This document shows, piece after piece, positions 10,439 through 20,232 of a DNA stretch of 64,000 bases. Both the position numbers and the translations under genes were made by a program. The notes below the pieces were generated by a model. That model made no database searches. It was not told the DNA's origin and worked only from the letters and a program-made list of their open reading frames with translations. How positions within the stretch are numbered: the first letter of the stretch is position 1; each line of letters starts with the position of its first letter. The DNA is taken from IMG/VR virus record IMGVR_UViG_3300028283_000002, positions 6,438 to 70,437 of that record, one strand, 5' to 3'. The DNA is from a virus.

Positions 10439-10986
10439 TATCTTAAATTTAAAACAGTTAACTGATTACCAGTGTTAGGATCAATTATAAACAAATTTAA
10501 ATCATCATGTCTAAATAGTCTTACACCGACTTCATTATCTGGAGTATCCAATAATCTGAGTTCTACCACATTTTCACCTATATTTAGAGGAATTATTTTA
10601 TTATATAGAATAGTTGTGGCCCAATCAATTTGTTCTTGTCCCATATCAATATCTCTAAAAACTTCCATTATAAGAGTTCTTAAAGTCATGCGTAAATGTT
10701 CCCCTTCAAATTGCCCGCGTGTACTAACTTGTCTTATTTGATCTGCTGGCACTCCATAGGGTCTTGCTTGGAACAGATCAGCATTTCCACCGTAGAACGA
10801 GCTTTTCTTTTTTGCTGAAATTCCACATCTTTCTTCAAAATAATTTTTAGATTTTGCATCTAGTGTGATAGCACCTTCTTTCATTAACTTCTGAATATAA
10901 TTAGGATCACCTTTGATCAAATCAGAGACCCTAGCACCTTTATGCTTACCAAACCATAATCTATCGTTAAACCTTACTTCTTTCAT
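10438..10986 (-). CDS. Protein with N-terminal FGK(H/Y)xG small domain (ExoX C-terminal/DUF3820-like), paralog A
   Basis: MKEVRFNDRLWFGKHKGARVSDL. Confidence 0.6.
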   Translation of the reverse strand: MKEVRFNDRLWFGKHKGARVSDLIKGDPNYIQKLMKEGAITLDAKSKNYFEERCGISAKKKSSFYGGNADLFQARPYGVPADQIRQVSTRGQFEGEHLRMTLRTLIMEVFRDIDMGQEQIDWATTILYNKIIPLNIGENVVELRLLDTPDNEVGVRLFRHDDLNLFIIDPNTGNQLTVLNLR

Positions 10987-11363
10987 TCCGCGTCATTATT
11001 TGATAAGCTTTGGTTAACATTTGCAAAATCCATATCTATCGTAATAGTTGTTCTTCCTATATTTCCACTACCATTTGATGCTACAACTGGATCGTTAAAT
11101 ATAGGTTCCCAGTTATTATCACTCCAATCAGAATATCTCTGTGATGTTGATGTGTAACCTCCTCCGCTACCGTAACCAGAAAAACCAGAATTATTTGATT
11201 TTGGTTTACTTACAAAATCTAATACGTTTTGATGATATGTTATCTTACCTTTGTCCAAAAGAGTATCGAGGAAGCACCTATCATACTCTAGTATGTCTTT
11301 GATAGTCCTTCCTCGATATTTACCGAACCATATCTTATCATTAAGTCTTACTTCTTTGGGCAT
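10983..11363 (-). CDS. Protein with N-terminal FGK(H/Y)xG small domain, paralog B
   Basis: MPKEVRLNDKIWFGKYRGRTIKDI, a tandem duplicate of the N-terminus of the adjacent gene. Confidence 0.6.
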   Translation of the reverse strand: MPKEVRLNDKIWFGKYRGRTIKDILEYDRCFLDTLLDKGKITYHQNVLDFVSKPKSNNSGFSGYGSGGGYTSTSQRYSDWSDNNWEPIFNDPVVASNGSGNIGRTTITIDMDFANVNQSLSNNDAE

Positions 11364-11403
11364 TTTTTACATTTTAAGAAGCAAATGTAAGCAATTTTTT
11401 CCT

Positions 11404-12273
11404 TTAAGAAAAATTTCTCACACCATTTTCATTGATATTATCGAACTTTTTCTTTACTTTCTTTTGTATTAATTCTCTACCTTTCTTAATTTGAGATTTT
11501 ATAGTAGATAAATTTGTTGTTGTTATATACAACCCCTGTGTAGTAGTCAACGTACTATCCACAACAAAACTATCATTCATACCCCTTTCCCACTCTATAT
11601 CATCACGTGTGATAGTTACGTTGTCTTGTGGTAATATAACTCTTTCATATTTACTTTCACCGTCCTCTGATACAAAATTGATTTTAATATCACCAGATCC
11701 AATATTTTCTAAATCCAAACTGAAAAAATCTTCTGGATTTTCTAACATCGCAGTATCTTCGTTAAGATCTAATCTTATTTCTTTCTTAATAGAGTCTGCT
11801 ATATCTTTATAAGCCATGTGATTGAGTTCTCTCATCACCATTACCTTCTTATATTTATCTGGTAGATTTTCAATAACATCGTACACTATTTCACATTTCC
11901 TTTTATTCTCTTCTTCTTGTATAGAAAAATCTCCACCGTCGTCAGATTTAAGTATATTCAATATACTTGGAGCTTCCGCTGTATCTCTTTCTAAGGATAT
12001 GAAATTATATCTATGATTATCTTTCCACTCTTTAATTACAAGATTTATAGCAATCTTTGTTAACCACGTTTTAAATAAACTCTTTTCCTTATTATATGTT
12101 TCTATTTTCTCGAGTGACTGCATAAAGGCCTGGTTAGCAAATTCTTCAGCCCTTTCCATATCAACCCTGTAACTTTTTGCTATATACCAAGTTAATGAGG
12201 GCTTGTTTTCGTTATAATAATTTTCAAAATCGTGCCCTGTAATGTCTTTAAATAATTTTTCATATTTATTCAT
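11404..12273 (-). CDS. ECF-like sigma-70 factor with ~90-aa insertion in region 4
   Basis: Region 2: AEEFANQAF...SLFKTWLTKIAINL. Region 4: LPDKYKKVMVMRELNHMAYKDIA...[insert]...STIKSQIKKGRELI. Confidence 0.85.
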   Translation of the reverse strand: MNKYEKLFKDITGHDFENYYNENKPSLTWYIAKSYRVDMERAEEFANQAFMQSLEKIETYNKEKSLFKTWLTKIAINLVIKEWKDNHRYNFISLERDTAEAPSILNILKSDDGGDFSIQEEENKRKCEIVYDVIENLPDKYKKVMVMRELNHMAYKDIADSIKKEIRLDLNEDTAMLENPEDFFSLDLENIGSGDIKINFVSEDGESKYERVILPQDNVTITRDDIEWERGMNDSFVVDSTLTTTQGLYITTTNLSTIKSQIKKGRELIQKKVKKKFDNINENGVRNFS

Positions 12274-12357
12274 ATTTTAGTTCTTTATTTTTGATTCAAT
12301 TTATATAATTGAATTCCAACGCATGAGGTAAATCATGCAAAATCATGATATAATAAC

Positions 12358-12792
12358 TTATAACTTACTAATTAAATCTTTTTGTGTTTCTTTTATTCGC
12401 TCAATTTTTTTCTTATCGCCTTGTCCCTGATAAATATCATCCGGTATGTTCTCGTTGAGCACTCTATTAATATTCATTGCGTATTCAAATAATATAGAAT
12501 TAGTTTCATCCATTTCAGTATAATCATATTTCAATTGCTGTAATGGTGTTGTTAAATCTACGTCGTGTTTATAAAGCCATGATATAAGTTCTGGATTACT
12601 GAATGAAACCAAACACTTCTCGTTGTGACACGGTGTTACATCATCCTTAGCATTATATTCTATTCCACAACTCTCAATTTCATCGGCCTCATGTATTGTT
12701 TTAGTGTACTCTACACTATTATCAAACATCTCATTTAGAAATTCTTGACAGTCTTCTCTTGTTAAATCTTCTATTCGCTTCATACCGTTCAT
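12358..12792 (-). CDS. Hypothetical protein
   Basis: 144-aa ORF. Confidence 0.6.
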   Translation of the reverse strand: MNGMKRIEDLTREDCQEFLNEMFDNSVEYTKTIHEADEIESCGIEYNAKDDVTPCHNEKCLVSFSNPELISWLYKHDVDLTTPLQQLKYDYTEMDETNSILFEYAMNINRVLNENIPDDIYQGQGDKKKIERIKETQKDLISKL

Positions 12793-12850
12793 TTTATAGT
12801 AAATGTTATATATTAATTATTTATTGTCATTTTTATCATTTTTGTCATTA

Positions 12851-13093
12851 TTAAAACCCATCCATTACGCCTTTGTGGAAATTGTCGAAGTTTCTATATA
12901 GGTTCCAGTCATCGTGTGTACCATGGCACAGTTCTCTAGCTGCGTTAAAAGCTTGTTTAGCGTATATCTTCATTACTTCTTTAGTGTACTCTATTTGAGT
13001 ATGTTCGTGTGTATCGTACATTAGTTCGCCCCATGAATTGTATGAATGTTCATTAGCAAATTCTTTCATTATCTGTTCAGGTGTTTTTCTCAT
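12851..13093 (-). CDS. Hypothetical protein
   Basis: 80-aa ORF with ATGA overlap. Confidence 0.55.
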   Translation of the reverse strand: MRKTPEQIMKEFANEHSYNSWGELMYDTHEHTQIEYTKEVMKIYAKQAFNAARELCHGTHDDWNLYRNFDNFHKGVMDGF

Positions 13094-13554
13094 ACCAATT
13101 CTGTTAATAAGGTTAGTTCTCTTTTTTTAATTTTGATTATGTCATCTAGTAATTCTACTGTGAACATTCTGTCAGTTTTATCAAATACCCATAGATTAAC
13201 ATCACTCACGTGCGCAACAAAAGACCACCCCTCTTTGATCTTTATAATATCATCGGGATAGTCTTTCAATTCATAGTACCTGATAAACTCGTCAATAATT
13301 TTATCACTTAATTTTTTAATGTGAACTAGATGACAATAAGTAGTATGGCCAAAATTGAGACCATATTCTTCTGGGTCGATATGTCTTAATTTATACTTCT
13401 TTTCAAAGTATGACAAAAAATCCAATTGTTCGTCGTGTTTTAAACACTCTTCCTCTGTATCAAAAATTGTGCCATCTTTCGATACGAAAATGTCCATTTC
13501 GACTTCTTCTTCAATCGTTTTAACGATTACTCTTCGTGTAGTTATTTTTTCCAT
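13090..13554 (-). CDS. Hypothetical phage protein
   Basis: FVSKDGTIFDTEEECLKHDE, a motif common in small phage proteins. Confidence 0.6.
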   Translation of the reverse strand: MEKITTRRVIVKTIEEEVEMDIFVSKDGTIFDTEEECLKHDEQLDFLSYFEKKYKLRHIDPEEYGLNFGHTTYCHLVHIKKLSDKIIDEFIRYYELKDYPDDIIKIKEGWSFVAHVSDVNLWVFDKTDRMFTVELLDDIIKIKKRELTLLTELV

Positions 13555-13555
13555 A

Positions 13556-13786
13556 TTAATATTGTTCTGTTTTTCCTTTTCTTGGTCCTGATATATGATT
13601 CATCAATCTTCTATCGGAGTCTACATATACAACAATACTGGACATTTTAACTTGCTCAGATAATTTATCAATGCTCACACCTGGTTTGAGGAACATTTTG
13701 ATATTAACATCTTTTGGGTGTATTTCACGAAGGTCTGGCACGAGATCCTTTTTAAATAAGAAAAGACAGTTATTTTCGAAAATCAT
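13556..13786 (-). CDS. Hypothetical protein
   Basis: 76-aa ORF. Confidence 0.5.
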   Translation of the reverse strand: MIFENNCLFLFKKDLVPDLREIHPKDVNIKMFLKPGVSIDKLSEQVKMSSIVVYVDSDRRLMNHISGPRKGKTEQY

Positions 13787-13910
13787 AAATATTAGTTTTT
13801 GGATGTTTATGTAATCATTTACAAATGTAACAAAATATATCGGTCTGGCAAAATTAATTTTGAAATTTTAACATTTAAATTTTTATATATAAGAATAAAT
13901 ACAGTTCTGG

Positions 13911-14465
13911 ATGGTTCAAATATCAAAATATGAAGATTTTAAGAAAATGAATCCTTTGTTTTCCAGAGAACACGATAGAATAGTTAAAAAATATAACATT
14001 GAGTTTATTTCGTTAAAGGGCGTAAAAATCCCTCTTATATGTTTATATGAAATTGTTTCCACTTTGTTTGAAAATAACGATCTAAATCTTAAAATTTCTG
14101 ATGTAATATTACTAACACTTTCAGCTATAGGCCTACTCTCAAAAGAGAATAAAGACCAAGTTAAAATTTTACTAGATTTATGCAAAGATAAAAAGATTTT
14201 AGGACATTTCATATTAGTTAAAAATACGATTAAATCTTTAAAAAATTTATTAAATATCATCTTCAAAAAAGAAGGAGCTGTAATTCAGAATATTGAACAA
14301 GCTTTAAAATATAGATATTCAGTAGATGCTTTAAGTTTAGCCAATTCATATATAAGAATAGATAGGATTAAAATAAAAGATTTTTGTTACTGGTATATAG
14401 TTGATAAACGCAGTAAAGAGTCAAAAGAATTGATTGATTATATTAACATTAACTATTATATTTGA
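13911..14465 (+). CDS. Hypothetical protein with CTS-like N-terminus
   Basis: MVQISKYEDFKK; TTATATATA about 18 nt upstream. Confidence 0.65.
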   Translation: MVQISKYEDFKKMNPLFSREHDRIVKKYNIEFISLKGVKIPLICLYEIVSTLFENNDLNLKISDVILLTLSAIGLLSKENKDQVKILLDLCKDKKILGHFILVKNTIKSLKNLLNIIFKKEGAVIQNIEQALKYRYSVDALSLANSYIRIDRIKIKDFCYWYIVDKRSKESKELIDYININYYI

Positions 14466-15214
14466 ATCCCCAATTCATCAAAATTTGAACTACCAAAACC
14501 ACCATGAGATTTTATCACTTTAAATTTAAAATCATCATCGTCAAATAAATCATCGTAAGCACCATATAAATCAGATATAGTATAATTACCGTATTTAGAT
14601 AATATCTTTTCAACAGCACTTCTTTTTATAATAAAAGTTTTATTTATCATACTATACTCTTTTAAATCAGCTATAAATTCATCCACATATTTATAAAATT
14701 TAGCGGCAAATCCTATACCTTTTAATTTTTCAAATTCATTAATATCATTATAAGTAACACCATCCATTTTTATTTTTTCGCCTTCTATTTTAATAGATAT
14801 ATGATCTTTAAGAGCAAATGGTGTTCCTCTATCATTTAGTACTGGTTTTGGTTCAGCTATTAAGCCTCTAACCTTTTCAAATTCACCTATTACTAATTTA
14901 TCGTTAAAAGAAGAATTAATATATGTCTTCTTATAACCAAAGTATTCCATATACTCTTCAACAATATTAAATAGATCTTTCCCTCTTTTCTTAACAAAAG
15001 ATTTATAATTAAATAATCCAAGATTTGGTTTAGTCTTTTGGTTTTCTTTTCTAGATAATCTATCTTTAATTCTCTGTATTTCAGCCCCTATCTCGTCTTT
15101 TGTCTGAGGTATAGGTTTACCACTAACATTGAAATCTTTATAGGATTTCGTAGCTCTTGATGATGAATAACCCCATAATCTACCAGTGTGTTTTTTAACT
15201 CTGAATGTCTCTGC
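14456..15214 (-). CDS. Hypothetical protein or C-terminal extension of the upstream peptidase
   Basis: The track ORF 14456..14950 frame is open for 88 further codons upstream (to 15214) with no ATG, directly after the peptidase stop. Confidence 0.5.
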   Translation of the reverse strand, partial: AETFRVKKHTGRLWGYSSSRATKSYKDFNVSGKPIPQTKDEIGAEIQRIKDRLSRKENQKTKPNLGLFNYKSFVKKRGKDLFNIVEEYMEYFGYKKTYINSSFNDKLVIGEFEKVRGLIAEPKPVLNDRGTPFALKDHISIKIEGEKIKMDGVTYNDINEFEKLKGIGFAAKFYKYVDEFIADLKEYSMINKTFIIKRSAVEKILSKYGNYTISDLYGAYDDLFDDDDFKFKVIKSHGGFGSSNFDELGIQI

Positions 15215-15219
15215 TTAGT

Positions 15220-15988
15220 TCATTCTTGGCCATAAAGGATGATTCGTGTTTCTTTGGCTGGTACTCTTACAGTTGGTAATCCTTCCCAATTTATCTTAAC
15301 TGTAGCGTTTGCTACTCTTTCAAGATAATTTAAGTTTTGAAATTCGTCTGTATTATGTTCTCTAAAACCACCACAAGATAAATTACTAACTTCTGGAATA
15401 ACAGGCATAAATACTGCTGAATCAGTATAATAACCACCTGGATCAGATTTAAATTCCATTTCATTAGATTTAAATTCAGATACTAAGGCTTCAACAAATT
15501 CTCTGGAGCAACATTGACCAGTATTCATACGTGATATAATTGATCCGTAACCTCTTCTATCAAAAGCTATACATCTATCGAATTGTTTGAACCAATCAGG
15601 TTTTTTAGAAAATATGCCTCTTGAACCTTTACAACCACCACCAGTAACTGGTTCTTCACCAATGAAAAAATAATAACAACCAGGCACATTATGTTCTATC
15701 ATATTTAACATAATAACCACACCAGCCTTATCATCTGAACCAAGAACAGTTTTACCGTCAGTTTTAACGTATTTACCGTCTTCGTAAAATACGTGATTAA
15801 CTTTATCTGCTTTTCTAATAATTATCAAGATGTGAGGTGAACATTGTCTTTGTTTCACCTATTATAATATAATAATTTCCAACTTCGTCTTTTTGAATAT
15901 TTTCTGGTAAGTACGGTTCCAGCATATCTTCTTGTTTATAAGGGGTAAGATATTCCGTAATTTCTATAAATATTTTTCTAACATCCAT
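15220..15988 (-). CDS. M28/M20/M42-like zinc peptidase, frameshifted near 15815
   Basis: ATG 15988 MDVRKIF...TMFTSHLDNY* then +1 frame: LGSDDKAG, FIGEE, AFDRRG, YTD, EHNTDE; AATATATA at 16011-16018 supports this start. Confidence 0.8.
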
Positions 15989-16077
15989 TAAGTGTGGAAT
16001 TATTTTTCTTTATATATTAATTTATAAAAATAGAATTAAATAAACTTAATCTATAATGATCATATATAATAAGTTGT

Positions 16078-16977
16078 ATGATCAATTATTACGAACAATT
16101 CATCAAACCCAAAGAGATAATTAAAGATATTAATTATTTCTACGATCAAATAAGAGATCTTATTTGTAACGAATTATTTGGTCAACAATTATATAATAAA
16201 CGCAAAAAATTAAAAGTGGATAATTACATTGTGAATAATTATCTATCAGGTGTAAATAATACTAGACTGAGATTTAGTAACGATACGATAGTTGTAACAT
16301 TCAAAGTTAGTAAATTTGAAAAAGGTAAAACTACTATCACAAAACCAATATATAGTAAGTATAACATAGAAGGAATAACTATAAATGTAGATATAGTTAT
16401 AACACCACAAGAAGAAAGAAATAAAATCATACATTCTGAAAATTCAGCTCTTAAAGAATTAAGAAAAAATATTCATATAATAAATGAATATTACGTAAAG
16501 AAATTTAGAGACGACGAAGAATCTAAATATAAGGTAATATATGATAGATTAATAAAATTAGATAAAAGTTATTATAACGATTGGAATAGATTGATAAATT
16601 TATTAATAGAATGCACTAACCCCACATTTAACGAAACATTATACAAATTCAGAGAAATAATAGAAGGTACTAATTTTGATGTGATGATCAATGTATATAA
16701 GATGATACACCAGACACAATTTTTTCAAAAATACGCACACCATAAACAAATAAGATTTAAGAAATTCTTAATATCATTAAGAAAAGACTGTCTTGACGAA
16801 AATGAAATATTATATTTAGGAAACAACCTAGCCAAGTGTTTCAGACACACAATAAAAGATTATAATGATTGTATATCATTTATTGAGAATGTTATAAATC
16901 ATTTCAACACAATATGTTATGTAAAGGAGACGAAAATAAATACGTTTGCGTCTAAAGTTTGGGAAAGAGATCTATAA
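16078..16977 (+). CDS. Hypothetical protein with CTS-like N-terminus
   Basis: MINYYEQFIKPKE; ATATATA upstream. Confidence 0.7.
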   Translation: MINYYEQFIKPKEIIKDINYFYDQIRDLICNELFGQQLYNKRKKLKVDNYIVNNYLSGVNNTRLRFSNDTIVVTFKVSKFEKGKTTITKPIYSKYNIEGITINVDIVITPQEERNKIIHSENSALKELRKNIHIINEYYVKKFRDDEESKYKVIYDRLIKLDKSYYNDWNRLINLLIECTNPTFNETLYKFREIIEGTNFDVMINVYKMIHQTQFFQKYAHHKQIRFKKFLISLRKDCLDENEILYLGNNLAKCFRHTIKDYNDCISFIENVINHFNTICYVKETKINTFASKVWERDL

Positions 16978-17081
16978 AATCTTTTTTAATTTTATTAATT
17001 ACTCTTTCGAAGTGAATCTTTGTAAATTCACTCTCTTCGAATTCTAATGTCTTTTCGCTTTCAACGTAGACACCTTCTTTC

Positions 17082-17438
17082 TTAATTTTCATTTTTGATT
17101 TCTTCTTCATCAGTCCACATATTTTTTAATATCTTGTAAGATTCTGTTAAAAACTTTTTTGGTAATAAAATCTTATCAGTGTTCTTTTTTGAATATATCC
17201 TGTAATAATCTGGATTGTCTTTAATCGTAAAATCTTTAAAATCTTGTTCAATTAATTTCTGGCAGTTCATTAGATCCCTTATAGTTGGGAAGTCCATTAT
17301 TAATCCCGCTATAACGTCCATATTATTTTCTTGTTTTATAATATGTGTAAAGCATACCTGATCTTCTTCGTTTATTGAACAATCATATATGAAGTCAACG
17401 TCATTCTTATTAGTTACCTGTGAAAATATACTTATCAT
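17082..17438 (-). CDS. Hypothetical protein
   Basis: 118-aa ORF. Confidence 0.6.
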   Translation of the reverse strand: MISIFSQVTNKNDVDFIYDCSINEEDQVCFTHIIKQENNMDVIAGLIMDFPTIRDLMNCQKLIEQDFKDFTIKDNPDYYRIYSKKNTDKILLPKKFLTESYKILKNMWTDEEEIKNEN

Positions 17439-17453
17439 ATTCTTTTTTTATTT

Positions 17454-18776
17454 TTACTCTTCAAATAATTCTTGAAATAAATCACTTAAATCATCATCCA
17501 TTTCTTTTTGAGTTGGTTTACATTTAGATGCTATGTAACCTGGTTTACCTTTTTTTAGTTGATCAGAATCTGGTCTGCAATGAAAATTCTCGTCACCGTT
17601 TCCCCACACTGGTGTTGAAGTCATAGTTTTAGTTGGTTTTTCATATTTAACTTCATCTCTACCGTCTTTACCACGTGTAGTTACTATTGTATCATATTTA
17701 CTTGGATCAAAATAAATTACATTTGAAGTAGATGGTTTAACCTTAGTTAAGTCTAAACCAATTGTTTGTGCTGCTATTTTCATTGATACTGGATTTAATC
17801 CATCCATTGGCGTAACTGGTGAATCACCATCTATGGTGTGAGTTGGATATAGTTCAGAATTATCTATTTCTCTAACGAATACTCCAGGTGATTTATATTT
17901 TCTTTCTTGGAATTCTTCTTTTCTCTTTTGTAATCTTTCGTTTTGTTCTCTTAAATTAGTAATGATATTATGGCAACCGTGCACTTTAATTTCGTGTTCG
18001 GATATGATATAATCTTTATTATTAAAAGGAATTAAATATGCGTGAAATTCTACATCAAATGGAATACCTATTTCAAATATTTTATTTTCTAATTGATTTC
18101 TTATCTCATCAAAAGCTGAGAAAAAGATAGTATCGTAATCAATACTAATAATGTGTTCTGGGAATTCTTCTAAAATTGATTGTAAAATATTTCTTCCTGT
18201 TTCAGCCACAGCATCCGTGTTCCAACAAGTAAATAAAGAATGTCTAGAATTGACTGCTCCCCAAGTAAAATTAAGAAGTCTTCTTATCAATAAATCAACT
18301 CTCTCATTATTATATTTTTTAAATTCATCTTTGTTATTTAATAAGAACTTATATAGAATTGGAAACTTATCTGTGTTCCATTGAAGTTCTTGTTTGAAAA
18401 AACTCCTCTCTTCCCAATTCTCTTCACCGTAAGGATCTATATCTTTATGTGGTTTCTCTATTAAAGACAATTTTGATATAATCGTAGGATAAAAATCTTT
18501 GAAGGATAGTTCAGTAACACCCTTAAATATTCTATGCCTGTGTATTTCTTTTAATACGCTGAGTCCACCTCTGGTTGGTTCTTTTTCTGTTTTGAATTTT
18601 TTAATCTTGTATCCTGGCCACATTGTATCAAGAATGAGTTTCATTGTGTCTGTCCAGTCATCTAAAGAAAATTTAGGGGGGTTGTTGAAAGATTGTAATT
18701 TCTCGGGAGTGAGAAATTCGATAGAGTATTCGGTGCTATCCAGCAGGCGATATACATTTTCTATTGTTAATTCCAT
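17454..18776 (-). CDS. Degenerate family B DNA polymerase palm-like protein with internal DPYGEENW and C-terminal tail
   Basis: SFKDFYPTII (motif A-like), RRLLNFTWGAV (motif B-like), SIDYDTIFF (motif C-like). Confidence 0.6.
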   Translation of the reverse strand: MELTIENVYRLLDSTEYSIEFLTPEKLQSFNNPPKFSLDDWTDTMKLILDTMWPGYKIKKFKTEKEPTRGGLSVLKEIHRHRIFKGVTELSFKDFYPTIISKLSLIEKPHKDIDPYGEENWEERSFFKQELQWNTDKFPILYKFLLNNKDEFKKYNNERVDLLIRRLLNFTWGAVNSRHSLFTCWNTDAVAETGRNILQSILEEFPEHIISIDYDTIFFSAFDEIRNQLENKIFEIGIPFDVEFHAYLIPFNNKDYIISEHEIKVHGCHNIITNLREQNERLQKRKEEFQERKYKSPGVFVREIDNSELYPTHTIDGDSPVTPMDGLNPVSMKIAAQTIGLDLTKVKPSTSNVIYFDPSKYDTIVTTRGKDGRDEVKYEKPTKTMTSTPVWGNGDENFHCRPDSDQLKKGKPGYIASKCKPTQKEMDDDLSDLFQELFEE

Positions 18777-18840
18777 AGTTGAAGTTATCTTTTAAATTGT
18801 TATTGAAGTTATCTCTAAAACTTATAGGAGTGAAAAGAAA

Positions 18841-18868
18841 AAAAGTTGAAGATTTCTCTCCAACTTTT
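18841..18868 (-). terminator. Rho-independent terminator, copy B
   Basis: Minus strand AAAAGTTG-GAGA-GAAA-TCTT-CAACTTTT followed by TTTCTTTT. Confidence 0.7.
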
Positions 18869-18921
18869 TATCGTCATGGGTGCCTAAAAGTAACATTTGA
18901 AGTTATATAACATAAAAAGAA

Positions 18922-18949
18922 AAAAGTTGATAATTTCTTATCAACTTTT
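18922..18949 (-). terminator. Rho-independent terminator, copy A
   Basis: Minus strand AAAAGTTGATAA-GAAA-TTATCAACTTTT followed by TTCTTTTT. Confidence 0.75.
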
Positions 18950-19039
18950 AACCGGCCCGTTACGTCTACCACCCTATTTAGTTTAACATGAAACAGGGAA
19001 AAATGTTTCTGACTTTCGTATATATTAAAAATATAAGGC

Positions 19040-19471
19040 CTAATCTTCTAAAAATTCAGGCTTTACTATCATATCTAAAAAAGGTAATTTTTCTTCCATC
19101 GTTGTGTAAATCATCATTTTATAATTTGATTGTACACAAGGATAATCTAATCCGTATTTTTTTATTTTACTTTCAGCTCTATCTAAATCAAATTGATCTA
19201 TATTAGTAAAGGCGTCTTCACCCATTGTCTCCCACATTTCCTCGGGTGTTAATAAAACTGCTTTGTAAATATATTCTTCTGGGGCGTGATAAAAATTATC
19301 AAGAAACATAGTAGATATATCTTTTTTGAGTTTTTTTGGTAAATTTTCGTACTCGTATTCTTTACCCACTTCAAAATCGAATTTATTACATTTCTGTAAA
19401 TCTATATCATTAACTCTTCTAATTCTTGGCATATTAGTATTTAGTTTTAATTCTTGCTCTTGTTTCTTCAA
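19040..19471 (-). CDS. Hypothetical protein
   Basis: 143-aa ORF; likely start MPRIRRVND. Confidence 0.6.
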   Translation of the reverse strand: MKKQEQELKLNTNMPRIRRVNDIDLQKCNKFDFEVGKEYEYENLPKKLKKDISTMFLDNFYHAPEEYIYKAVLLTPEEMWETMGEDAFTNIDQFDLDRAESKIKKYGLDYPCVQSNYKMMIYTTMEEKLPFLDMIVKPEFLED

Positions 19472-19835
19472 CTGTTAGTTTCTGCGAATCAATATACGCT
19501 AAATCAACTTTATGTAATTTACCTTTTTCTAAATCAACTTCGTAACCGTCACAACCTCTACTCATCATTTCTTTTGCTTCAAACCAAGCTCCTGCTCCAA
19601 TTCTTTTATCTCTAAAAGGTAGATAAGCCACTATATCACATTTACTTACTAAATCTTTAAAGAAGTCCATATAACTATCTGGGTGCTCTAATCTATATTT
19701 AGCAAAGGTACTTTGATAAAAATCATCACCAGGATTGATAACTTTATCACCAAGTTCAGCTTTGATGATATTTAAAGCAGCGTCTTCTATTTCTGTTTTA
19801 TATGTATTTATTGGATGTGCAAAATATACATTCAT
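19434..19835 (-). CDS. Nucleoside 2-deoxyribosyltransferase-like protein
   Basis: VYFAHP, CDIVAYLP, IGAGAWFEA (GxxxE) pattern of the NDT/Rcl fold. Confidence 0.65.
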   Translation of the reverse strand: MNVYFAHPINTYKTEIEDAALNIIKAELGDKVINPGDDFYQSTFAKYRLEHPDSYMDFFKDLVSKCDIVAYLPFRDKRIGAGAWFEAKEMMSRGCDGYEVDLEKGKLHKVDLAYIDSQKLTVEETRARIKTKY

Positions 19836-19851
19836 TCATTAATATTATTTT

Positions 19852-20232
19852 TTATTCACTAATATCTTCTTCACCGTATGGATCTAATTCGTTTACATTT
19901 CTATTAATTGTTCTAGTCCAAGTTATTGTTGATTTTTCAGGAATAAGAAAATCCTCTTCGTGACCGTTACTAACTCTACCAATAAAATGAAATTCATATT
20001 TTCTTTCATCTAGCACAACTTCACTAACTTTTATAGTCGCTCTGGCGTGCCATGTTCTAAGAGGCATTTTAAGATACTCAGAAACATTAACTGTTCTGCC
20101 TATCATTTCTTTTTTTAAATATTCAAATATATTATAGTAGGTTAAAAACTCATCACCCATTTCCCAAATAGATCTGGATATGGTTATATCTTCAACTGAT
20201 TCTTTAACGTAAGATGAAAAATTAATGATCAT
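19852..20232 (-). CDS. CTS-like N-terminus, putative beta-barrel, DPYGEE tail protein
   Basis: MIINFSSYVKES ... NELDPYGEEDISE*. Confidence 0.75.
   Translation of the reverse strand: MIINFSSYVKESVEDITISRSIWEMGDEFLTYYNIFEYLKKEMIGRTVNVSEYLKMPLRTWHARATIKVSEVVLDERKYEFHFIGRVSNGHEEDFLIPEKSTITWTRTINRNVNELDPYGEEDISE

Noticed and set aside
11518-11787. Sigma-factor insertion as an intein or intron
   Set aside because: No N-terminal Cys/Ser or C-terminal His-Asn, too short, no stops, and no obvious group I/II intron features
15815-15817. TAG-to-Gln recoding (as in some Lak and crAss-like phages) to explain the interrupted peptidase
   Set aside because: Reading through the TAG hits TAA three sense codons later and the homologous sequence continues in another frame; code 11 already gives dense long ORFs and TAG ends real genes (e.g. 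22145)
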